Under the pieces are notes generated by a model. The model was not told the DNA's origin. It saw nothing but the letters and a program-made list of their open reading frames with translations, and ran no database searches. This document shows positions 17,360 to 25,685 of a DNA stretch of 32,000 nt, piece after piece. Each line of letters begins with the position of its first letter. Position 1 is the first letter of the stretch. Both the position numbers and the translations under genes were made by a program. The DNA is from Acaryochloris marina MBIC11017 (GTDB taxonomy: Bacteria; Cyanobacteriota; Cyanobacteriia; Thermosynechococcales; Thermosynechococcaceae). The stretch spans positions 2,520,001 through 2,552,000 of the forward strand of contig NC_009925.1 in NCBI RefSeq assembly GCF_000018105.1, in the 5' to 3' direction.

Positions 17360-18577
17360 TTGAGATCCATGCAACCTCGAACTGCACTGCTGGCAATCTT
17401 TTCCACTTTTCTGCAATTTGAGACGGATCATGTCCACACCTGGGCCAGTGATCCAAAGCTGCGGCGCAGTATGCAGATCCACCTTGAGCAATCCCAACAA
17501 ACGGATCTATCGGCGAAGTTTTGGTCCCTGTACTGGCATAAGCGATGGCGAGCAGACACTATGCAGAAGGTTGCGGCAGGACACTTAGCGGCCTATTTAC
17601 AGGAAGCTTGTTACTGGACGGCCCAGAAAACATCGACGCGATTTAGCAGTAGCCGCTATGGGGTAAGCGACTATTTTCAAATTGCGATGGCGCAGGTGGA
17701 CAAGATCCTCAAAGGATTTAACTCTGATCAGGGCTTTAATCTGCAAAATTATGCCAGCGCCACCTTTGCCAGCCTGATGCGGGAGACCCTTCGGCAACGC
17801 CGCGAAATTGATATTTGTAGTGATTGGGCATTGCTGCGGAAGCTGAGCCAAAAGCGGCTGGTCGAAGCGTTGAAAAATCATGGTATGCCCCAAGACACGA
17901 TTAATCGTTACGTTTTGGCTTGGACGAGCTTTAAGGCAATTTATGCCCCTCAACAGGCAACGGGGACGCAGAAGCTGGAGAAACCCGCGGCTGAGGTTTG
18001 GAGTGCGATCGCAACCCAATACAACCAGGAACGCACCACTCAACTGCTCCCCAACGCGGCTGCCATCACCGTTGAAGAACTCGAAACGATCCTGATGACC
18101 TGTGCCAAAGCCGCCAGAGCTTACCTGTATCCAGCGCAAATTTCCATCAATACGCCTAGGCCAGGACAAGATGCTGGGGAATTCCTCGATCAGTTACCCA
18201 ATACAGAGCAAGCGTCTTTACTGGAGGAGATGATCGCCACAGAAGACGTCAAAACCCGACAAACCCAGCATCAACAAATCGGTGAGGTGCTAGTCACCGC
18301 GATTCAGGCTCTGGATCCGCCTTCTCAATCCCTTTTGCAACTCTATTACTCCCAAGCCTATACCCAACAGCAAATTGCCGAGAAATTAGAGATGAAGCAG
18401 TACACCATCTCGCGACGATTAACCAAACTCCGCAAGACATTATTGACGGCCTTAGCGACCTGGAGCCAAGAAACCCTGCATATTTCACCCGACTCGGACG
18501 TACTCAAAGCCATGAGTTCTTCCCTAGAAGAATGGCTGACGGGACACTACGGCCCGCCCCCACTGCCCCTGCATTAG
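17360..18577 (+). CDS. Atypical sigma-70 family RNA polymerase sigma factor with a long N-terminal extension
   Basis: Divergent region-2-like segment DYFQIAMAQVDKILKGFNSDQGFNLQNYASATFASLMRETLRQ. Clear region-4 HTH LLQLYYSQAYTQQQIAEKLEMKQYTISRRLTKLRKTLL. The track start is TTG 17360; ATG at 17369 is the alternative. Confidence 0.7.
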   Translation: MRSMQPRTALLAIFSTFLQFETDHVHTWASDPKLRRSMQIHLEQSQQTDLSAKFWSLYWHKRWRADTMQKVAAGHLAAYLQEACYWTAQKTSTRFSSSRYGVSDYFQIAMAQVDKILKGFNSDQGFNLQNYASATFASLMRETLRQRREIDICSDWALLRKLSQKRLVEALKNHGMPQDTINRYVLAWTSFKAIYAPQQATGTQKLEKPAAEVWSAIATQYNQERTTQLLPNAAAITVEELETILMTCAKAARAYLYPAQISINTPRPGQDAGEFLDQLPNTEQASLLEEMIATEDVKTRQTQHQQIGEVLVTAIQALDPPSQSLLQLYYSQAYTQQQIAEKLEMKQYTISRRLTKLRKTLLTALATWSQETLHISPDSDVLKAMSSSLEEWLTGHYGPPPLPLH

Positions 18578-18578
18578 A

Positions 18579-19733
18579 GTGATGATCATGACGTCTGATT
18601 TAGCCTTATTTGATGCCACCTATTTAGAAATTGATGCGGATAGTCAAGCCCAAGCTTGGCAACAAAACGACGGCCCTAGCCGATGGCAAGCCTATTTAAA
18701 TCAGCTCTGCTTGGAAACGGTGATTCCCTGGTTACGGGAAGATCATGCTCTGCGAGCAATACCCGCGTTGAAAACTCCTTCGTTGCAAAGTATTTGGGCT
18801 GTGGTGACGGGGACACCGATTCAGGTAGGGGCACAAAAAATAGTCCTGATTCCCACGGAAACAATTGATTTAGATGAACTGCGGGTTCCCCAAGAATGGA
18901 TCGATATTCCCAACTGGATGGCGGATTATTATGTGGCGACCCAGGTGAATCCTGATGAAGGTTGGGTGAGGATCGGTGGGTTTACCAAACACTTACAGCT
19001 TAAGGAACAGGGGGCGTATGATTGGTGCGATCGCACCTACACTCTCAACGATATGGATCTGACGTCGGACCTGAATGTGCTCTGGCTCACCCAGCAATTC
19101 AATCCACAAGAGATCACCCAAGCAGCGGTCAATCCCTTACCGGCACTCTCCAAAACCCAAGCCGATCAACTCATTCAACGCCTCGGCAATTCAGACCTCG
19201 TGACTCCTCGCTTAGCCATTCCTTTTGAAGCATGGGGCAGCTTAATGGCCCACGGCGGTTGGCGACAGCGGTTGGCGGCACAACGACGTGGCATCACCGA
19301 ACAGCCCTCAGTAGGTCAATGGCTACAAACGGGAATGACAAATCTGGCTCAGCAGATAGGCTGGCAAGCAATTACATTACAACCTCAGCTCTCTGCTGCA
19401 CGAGGCGATCAACCCTCAACACCGACTGCAGCTATCTCACGACAGTTACAGATTGAGGGTCAGCCCTATGAGTTGAATATCTATGCAGTGGAAGCTGAGT
19501 CAGCGATATGGCGGTTTGAACTGCACCCTGTGACCCCTGGTGCCAGGATTCCAGCAGGTTTTGTGCTGAGATTACGAACGGAAGAACTAGAGGCTTTTGA
19601 GGGGAATGAGGATCAAGCGTCTGAACCTGTAGATCGGCTCTATATTGATGTCGCTTTGGCATCTGGGGAAGCTCTAGTCTGGGCGATTGAACCGCAGCCA
19701 GAACAATACGATCAAGAAATTTTGCGTTTTTAG
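18579..19733 (+). CDS. DUF1822-like cyanobacterial protein, tightly coupled to the sigma factor gene
   Basis: Candidate starts GTG 18579, ATG 18582 and ATG 18588 lie 1-10 nt after the sigma stop (TAG 18575-18577). N-terminal RWQAYLNQLCLETVIPWLRED resembles the DUF1822 N-terminal pattern as I recall it. The family call needs an HMM check. Confidence 0.5.
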   Translation: MMIMTSDLALFDATYLEIDADSQAQAWQQNDGPSRWQAYLNQLCLETVIPWLREDHALRAIPALKTPSLQSIWAVVTGTPIQVGAQKIVLIPTETIDLDELRVPQEWIDIPNWMADYYVATQVNPDEGWVRIGGFTKHLQLKEQGAYDWCDRTYTLNDMDLTSDLNVLWLTQQFNPQEITQAAVNPLPALSKTQADQLIQRLGNSDLVTPRLAIPFEAWGSLMAHGGWRQRLAAQRRGITEQPSVGQWLQTGMTNLAQQIGWQAITLQPQLSAARGDQPSTPTAAISRQLQIEGQPYELNIYAVEAESAIWRFELHPVTPGARIPAGFVLRLRTEELEAFEGNEDQASEPVDRLYIDVALASGEALVWAIEPQPEQYDQEILRF

Positions 19734-19791
19734 ATTAACTAATTTGTGTCTTCGATGCTTCTACTTAGACTTTGATAGCCCCATCAATACC

Positions 19792-22497
19792 TCAACAAGT
19801 AACGCTGGGCTGACCAGAATTATGTGCCGTATGTTTAATATTGTTAGTCAGCACAATACGTCCTTGCTTATTCCGAGTCCATCCTTTGGCTTCCTCAATG
19901 TGAGAAATGGGAACTGATTGAGGAGGTTGATTAGGACTATCCATCTCAGGAGATGAGTCAGATTTTAGATGGTTCTGCTCAGAAAACGATTTTTCGTTCA
20001 GTATTGGAAAACCTCGCAAATCATGCCAAATTGATGGAGCAGTTTGTAGCTGTGTAGGAGCTAATGGAGTTCCGCCACGCCCAACATGTACAAAAGTACT
20101 GCCTCCTAGTGTTTGACCTGGACGGCACCCTTGTGTAATGGGTGGGTTCACTTCGATAGTCTCAGGAAGGTCAGCCAAGCCATCACTGGGATCAACTTCA
20201 GGATCTTGAATTTCAATGGTTCCACTAACCCCAAACTCAGAACTAGCAGTGATATCGCTAGTAGAGCTGAGTTGTTCACGAGGAACTAATCCAAAAATGC
20301 CTTGTGTTTGAATTTGAATCTTGCCACCCCGGCCTGTAACAGCATTTGCAACAATGTCACTATTCTCAATTGGAGGCGCAATGATGAATTTAGCTCCAAT
20401 GTTTATATTGCCACCCTCACCCGTACCATCTGCATTTGTGGAAATCAAACTCTTATTACGCAACAGTAAGTTCTCTTGAACTCTCAGGAGAATATTGCCT
20501 CCTTTACCAGAAGCAGTAGAAGCAATTATCTCTCCCATGCTATCCAGATAAATAGAATTAGCAATAACTTCAAGATTACCAGCATCACCTGCATTAATAC
20601 TGTTTACTGCAAGTTCTGCTCCATTACGAAGAATGAGCTGATCTGTGATTAAGCTTAAATCACCTGCATCGGATGATCCAAAGCTACTTGCACTGACAGC
20701 ACTTTGTAATAGCCCATCTCGTGGAGAAAAAGAAAACCCACTAATATCGATTACCTCAGACGCTTCAATAGATAAACTTCCAGAGGCTCCAGTTGCAAAA
20801 CTAGCTGCTTCAACGGCTCCCCCATCGCGGACTATTAATCTCTTGGTCTTGATAGCAAGAGATTGAGTGTCACCAGAGCCAAAAGATGCGACAGAAAGAC
20901 GGCTTCTAGAAATCGCTAGATTGGGTGGAAGGCTATATCTTGAAGTTCCAGAGACTTCCACTGAGTCCGATGCATTGACAACTATGCTGCCTCCATTTCC
21001 GCTAAATAATGGGCCTGCTGTCACGAGACCACCATCACCAATAATTAATTTTTTGGCATCAATTAGGATATTTCCCGCACGACCTGAACCTATACTGGCA
21101 GCTGATATATTACTGCTAAGCGTAATGGATCTAAAAGAAGCATCGCTAAATCCAGGGACATCAAACCCAAACGGGAAAAATCTTTCTGGGACAAAACCTA
21201 GAGGAATAGATTGGCCTGAAATATCTACAAACCCAGCAACACGAATAGACACATCTCCTCCTCGCCCTAAACCGAAGCTAAAAGCAGCAATCTCGGCACC
21301 TTGCTCGACTATCACTTTGCCTGCTTCTATTTCTATATTTCCTGCTTGGCCCTCACTAAATGAACTTGAAGTAATATTTGTTAGGCGGGGAGTAAGGATT
21401 CCTGCTGCAGCTAAGCGAGTATCCAGCGGACCGTTTGTTAACGTATTTCCCAAAACTTGCAAAGAATCAGTTGCAGAAATAGTTATTGTTCCACCAGGTT
21501 TATTTCCTAAAGTATTCGACTGGATAAGAGAGCCTTCATTCAGTTTTACTTGTTGGCCTCTAATCTGAATTTCTCCTCCACCATCACCGCTAGCATCAAG
21601 AACAGCCAGATTGGAAAACAGAATATTCTGGAACTTTTCTACACCGTCGTAATTTAATGAGAAAGTATTCACATTTTCAGAAGATTGAGAAATTTGAACA
21701 TAACTGTTCGCTCCAACTGCCCCAACCTCTATTCGGCCTCCAGAAGTTTGAGCATTTGAGCCCAACTGACGGCCTTCTAATGTAGCCCCAACTCCTGACA
21801 AATCAATAGTTCCTCCAGCCGATGTAAGATAACCGCCCTCCACGTTGACGTCTCCGCCCACCAAGGCTAAGGTCTTACCAGGTTTTACCTGGAGACCGAC
21901 TAAAGATTCCATCCCGTTTTGCCCAATTTGGGTTGCCTGAGAACGATTGATCACTGTTCTGGGAGATTCACCAAACTGAAGCCCTACAGGAGTACTAATT
22001 GTCAGGAGAGTAGGTGTTTGATGGTCGACAGCACTAAAAATACTGCCATCTCCAAAGTGTAGGCTATCTGCAGTAGAAGCTATAAAAGAACCACCAATAT
22101 CAATTTGTCCATTAGCTCCAAAGATTAAACCGTTAGGATTAATTAGAAAAAGGTTGGCGGTACCGTTACCTGTAATAAGCCCATCTATTGTGGAAACGTT
22201 CCTTCCAGTAATGCGGGTAATGACATTACCTATAGAAAGGTCATGATCGAAAATTGCTACGCTATCTGTTGAGACAGAGAATTCCTTGAAGCTATGAAAT
22301 AGATTGTTGCCTACAGTTGTACCACCAGTAATACGCTGAAGATTACCTTGGATATCTACTACAGAATCACTAGGAAGTGTAGCATCAGGGACTATTTGAG
22401 CGACAGCTTCCATACATGCCAAAAGCTCAAGCAATATCAAAGCAAGGCATTGCCATAATAACAAATGTCTACTTTTTAGGAAACTATTTAGCTGCAT
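19792..22497 (-). CDS. Two-partner-secretion exoprotein (filamentous-haemagglutinin N-terminal TPS domain + beta-helix repeats)
   Basis: Signal peptide followed by AQIVPDATLP. TPS-domain motifs NLFHSF (22288-22305) and LINPNGLIFG (NPNG at 22129-22140). The long Gly/Ser/Asn/Ile-rich repeat body is typical of a right-handed beta-helix. The C-terminal motifs HVGRGGTPLAP and AKGWTRNKQGRIVLT are seen in cyanobacterial members. Confidence 0.85.
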   Translation of the reverse strand: MQLNSFLKSRHLLLWQCLALILLELLACMEAVAQIVPDATLPSDSVVDIQGNLQRITGGTTVGNNLFHSFKEFSVSTDSVAIFDHDLSIGNVITRITGRNVSTIDGLITGNGTANLFLINPNGLIFGANGQIDIGGSFIASTADSLHFGDGSIFSAVDHQTPTLLTISTPVGLQFGESPRTVINRSQATQIGQNGMESLVGLQVKPGKTLALVGGDVNVEGGYLTSAGGTIDLSGVGATLEGRQLGSNAQTSGGRIEVGAVGANSYVQISQSSENVNTFSLNYDGVEKFQNILFSNLAVLDASGDGGGEIQIRGQQVKLNEGSLIQSNTLGNKPGGTITISATDSLQVLGNTLTNGPLDTRLAAAGILTPRLTNITSSSFSEGQAGNIEIEAGKVIVEQGAEIAAFSFGLGRGGDVSIRVAGFVDISGQSIPLGFVPERFFPFGFDVPGFSDASFRSITLSSNISAASIGSGRAGNILIDAKKLIIGDGGLVTAGPLFSGNGGSIVVNASDSVEVSGTSRYSLPPNLAISRSRLSVASFGSGDTQSLAIKTKRLIVRDGGAVEAASFATGASGSLSIEASEVIDISGFSFSPRDGLLQSAVSASSFGSSDAGDLSLITDQLILRNGAELAVNSINAGDAGNLEVIANSIYLDSMGEIIASTASGKGGNILLRVQENLLLRNKSLISTNADGTGEGGNINIGAKFIIAPPIENSDIVANAVTGRGGKIQIQTQGIFGLVPREQLSSTSDITASSEFGVSGTIEIQDPEVDPSDGLADLPETIEVNPPITQGCRPGQTLGGSTFVHVGRGGTPLAPTQLQTAPSIWHDLRGFPILNEKSFSEQNHLKSDSSPEMDSPNQPPQSVPISHIEEAKGWTRNKQGRIVLTNNIKHTAHNSGQPSVTC

Positions 22498-22816
22498 ATT
22501 GGATATGGATCAAATATTTGGCCTAGTCTAGGAATCTTCCAAAATATATTGAGATATGAGATGACGTACTCCTAGAATTCTTAAAATGAGGCCACCAAGA
22601 AAACCTAGATCACTAAAACTTTCTATCTACATTGACATCAGATATTAAGTATAAGAAGCACTAAATTCTCCTTTGCAAAAATCTAAAAGAGGATTAGCCC
22701 TGATAAGGCCTCAGCATGTATTTGACGTTGCAGGTGTTTAATAACAACTAATGTAAAGCCCTTTATAAGGCATGGTAATTCATTGTTGTTTGCCGACTCT
22801 TTCTCAATTACTTCTA

Positions 22817-25555
22817 TCATTTAAAGTGAGGATATACATCGCGTTCAAATAAATCTTTAACTTTCTCTTTGTAGGATGACGGTTCTATCTTTTTAAGCTT
22901 ATCTGTATAGTCTTTCTCTACACTGTAATCATCTTCACGTTCAGGCGGAGAATGAAGTTCACTTAACCAAGTTGCATGAATGGTTACACCTATATTCATT
23001 TGAGGATGGCTAAGTCTATAAAGAGGACCTTGATGCAAATCTTGAGCATCAAATATCCAAAATTCACAAAACTTTTTGTCTTCTCTATTCTCTGGCTCAG
23101 TATAGGAATGGTTTGTTGCAATCACTAGGCAAACAATATAGCCATTCGTTGGGCTAGGATCTGAAGAATGAAAATCACGAGGGACAAATTGCGGTGAATT
23201 AGCAAAAAAACCTCGTGGAAAAATGTATGAGTCTACAAGATCTAATTTAGGTTTTTTACATTGTATAGATTGTTTAATATGAAGTAAATTGGGCTGTTTT
23301 CCCTCATTGACAATATTTTTAAATAGATCTTGTATATTATCTGGTCGATCTTTATATAGTTCGAAATAGTATTCAGTCAAGGTATTAGGCCATGCACCCC
23401 AACAATTCCAGTAAATGTCAGTGATATTATCTGAACATTTTTCATGCCAAGTATATAGTGCTGTTGCCCATAACTTATCGTTATATTTATCATCTAAAAA
23501 ATCTTTTTCAATCAGACGCTCTTTTATTCTAGTGGTATAGTTTTCAATATCAAGGATCCAAGTACCTATGCGACAGTTATCCATACCGCTTGGTCCAATT
23601 CCCGCGCGTTCTTGAAGTTTTTTACTTACGTCTTCATTACAGGTCTGGATAACAGTAGGGTCTTGAGGTCTATAACCGCAAAGAGCCTCATCAATTTTAT
23701 GAATAAATTCAGCCGGATCATGAGCAGCTGTATGTGCTATATGCAGTATTATCTTGCCTTCGGGATTCTCATAATTAGTCACAAAATGCGCTGTTTCAGG
23801 TTCAATCCGAAAATGACGTGCATGAATTATCTGTCTAGCCTCAGAGGTTTTACCAAGTTTTTTATATATATTAGAAGGGGCTAAACTTTTCTCTTCTAAG
23901 CGATCAGGCCTATCAATGACGTAAATATCAGTGTATGACCTTTGCGGGTAATTTACGTACCTTAGTAAAAATCTAGTGAGACTTATTCCTGGGTTTCTAA
24001 AAAATTTTTCTCGAATGCTGGAGTCTAGCAAAGATCGCATCCAAAGAGTTCTGTAAGAAGGGTTGGGAAACTCTTGAATTTGTTTTGGAAACTCTTGAAT
24101 TTGTTTTGGAAACTCTTGAACTTGCTTAAAAACCTCTTGAATTTTTTTTAATGGTACAAGGAAGTATGGTGGATTAAAAATACTAGGGATTACATCTGCA
24201 AGAACTAGCTTGAAGCTGGAATCTGACAAGATAATATAGTCTTTAGTAATACCCATTTGATGCAACGAATGAGGAATTTTTATAGAGCAACCATTGCTGT
24301 CCACTACCTCCCATTTATCTATATCTTGAATTTCTGCTCTTTTTCCATCCCAACGATAAAGATAAAGATGATTTTCGCCACCTATTCTAATAAAACTCAA
24401 GAAATTTATTGCATAGTGAATAATACAAGCAATAAATCTAGTAAGCGACCAGAAAATATACTGACTTGACTTAGAAAAAGATTTTTTTTCGAAATACTCA
24501 AAAACACCACGTTTAAAGTTAGGTAAAGTTCGCGGAATAGAAAGCATCGTTGGTAGTGATTTAGTGGCATTCACTACATAAACTATATCCTTATCAGGAG
24601 CATATACAGGATGGGCTACTGCTAGAGTAATAGGAAAGACTTGGGTCAGTAATGGAATCTCACGATTTGGTAAAATTTGTTGGACAACAGGCAAATTTTT
24701 AAGTATTTTATGTAAATTTTGAAAAACCCTGGATAATCGATTTATTTCAATTAGCGGTAACCAATCTTTGTTCAATCCAACTGGTCCTACTAGATCTAAT
24801 GTGTAAGGGTTCACTTCATAAGGGCGGCCGGCATCCCACACCAATAAAAGTCTCTCTTTACCTGATTTGTCGTTAGGTTTCATGGGTAGTAAAGCTGTAT
24901 TGAGGAGATTGCGACCCCCAAGTCTAAAAGATAGCCGCGTGATAACAGAGTCATAAAACTTAGATTCACGATATTCGACCCTAGACCATGGCAAAGTCCC
25001 TGAAGGATGCGTTTTTTTGCTATTTATATACCTAGGATCATAATTACCACCAGGCAAAAGAGCTTTATCAACATAATAATCAGGTGTTTTAATTAGTTTC
25101 GTTGATAGAAAAGCACCGCCTTTAGCTAGTTTTGTATCTTGTATATAATTATCAGAATTTTCATCAGAGCTATCATCTATTTGACCGGAATGATGGAAGT
25201 CTAATCTATAAATCATCCCATCTCCAAAAAACAGGTGTGTCCAACCATCAAAGGTTGGAACAACAATATTTTCTTGGCCCTTCGATTCTAGTGAACCTGC
25301 GGGACCAACTATAAATACATGCCCTTCTAAATCCTCTGGAAGTGAATCAGCTACCCAATTATTAGCATTTAGAAAATCTGATTGAGAGGCGTCTATCTCA
25401 GTCTTATCTTTGCGTTTCAGAATCTTGAGCCTAAGAGGCTCTTTATCAGAGCCTTGTCCATATTCTTCTCTATTAACCGAGAGCACCGCTTTGGGAAACA
25501 ATCCCTCTTCTCTATCGGTAAATGAGTGATTGGAAGACGAAGCTGAGTTTTCCAT
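22817..25555 (-). CDS. Oversized carotenoid-oxygenase (CCD/RPE65) family protein, 912 aa
   Basis: Family motifs occur in order: HLFFGDGMIYRLDF; NTALLPM...LLLVWDAGRPYEVNPYTLDLVGPVG; AVAHPVYAPDKDIVYVVN; LHQMGITKDYIILSD; AHFVTNYENPEGKIILHI; SPQFVPRD...NGYIVCLV...EFWIFDAQDL..GPLYRLSHPQMNIGVTIHATW. The four candidate Fe-ligand His codons are at 24611-24613, 24260-24262, 23786-23788 and 22976-22978. Confidence 0.7.
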   Translation of the reverse strand: MENSASSSNHSFTDREEGLFPKAVLSVNREEYGQGSDKEPLRLKILKRKDKTEIDASQSDFLNANNWVADSLPEDLEGHVFIVGPAGSLESKGQENIVVPTFDGWTHLFFGDGMIYRLDFHHSGQIDDSSDENSDNYIQDTKLAKGGAFLSTKLIKTPDYYVDKALLPGGNYDPRYINSKKTHPSGTLPWSRVEYRESKFYDSVITRLSFRLGGRNLLNTALLPMKPNDKSGKERLLLVWDAGRPYEVNPYTLDLVGPVGLNKDWLPLIEINRLSRVFQNLHKILKNLPVVQQILPNREIPLLTQVFPITLAVAHPVYAPDKDIVYVVNATKSLPTMLSIPRTLPNFKRGVFEYFEKKSFSKSSQYIFWSLTRFIACIIHYAINFLSFIRIGGENHLYLYRWDGKRAEIQDIDKWEVVDSNGCSIKIPHSLHQMGITKDYIILSDSSFKLVLADVIPSIFNPPYFLVPLKKIQEVFKQVQEFPKQIQEFPKQIQEFPNPSYRTLWMRSLLDSSIREKFFRNPGISLTRFLLRYVNYPQRSYTDIYVIDRPDRLEEKSLAPSNIYKKLGKTSEARQIIHARHFRIEPETAHFVTNYENPEGKIILHIAHTAAHDPAEFIHKIDEALCGYRPQDPTVIQTCNEDVSKKLQERAGIGPSGMDNCRIGTWILDIENYTTRIKERLIEKDFLDDKYNDKLWATALYTWHEKCSDNITDIYWNCWGAWPNTLTEYYFELYKDRPDNIQDLFKNIVNEGKQPNLLHIKQSIQCKKPKLDLVDSYIFPRGFFANSPQFVPRDFHSSDPSPTNGYIVCLVIATNHSYTEPENREDKKFCEFWIFDAQDLHQGPLYRLSHPQMNIGVTIHATWLSELHSPPEREDDYSVEKDYTDKLKKIEPSSYKEKVKDLFERDVYPHFK
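24065..24148. repeat. Four tandem copies of a 21-bp unit, in frame within the CCD-like gene
   Basis: Units are 24065-24085, 24086-24106 and 24107-24127 ((G/T)GGAAACTCTTGAA(T/C)TTG(T/C)TT), plus a degenerate fourth at 24128-24148. They encode QEVFKQV-QEFPKQI-QEFPKQI-QEFPNPS on the minus strand. Confidence 0.9.
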
Positions 25556-25685
25556 ATGACGAAGATAGTCTGACCGAAGAATTGAATACCTTCCACATTA
25601 AACCTAGTACAGGGTGTACTTTAAATTACATATAGAAAAATTAGGATCATTCTACTCGTTCATCATAGAATAAGCGCTACTCATC

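Noticed and set aside
17597-18169. 190-aa minus-strand ORF inside the sigma factor gene
   Set aside because: It lies wholly antisense to a gene with clear sigma region-4 and region-2 motifs, has no recognisable features, and is Arg/Gly-rich in the way shadow frames usually are.
20645-21568. Plus-strand ORFs of 73 and 233 aa inside the TPS exoprotein gene
   Set aside because: These are shadow ORFs antisense to a repetitive beta-helix coding region, with Pro/Ser-rich nonsense-like translations and no motifs.
22498-22816. 319-nt AT-rich spacer between the CCD-like and TPS genes, scanned for ncRNA, repeats or attachment sites
   Set aside because: I could see no convincing hairpins, direct repeats, tRNA-like structure or conserved boxes. 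It most likely holds a promoter or UTR for the TPS gene.
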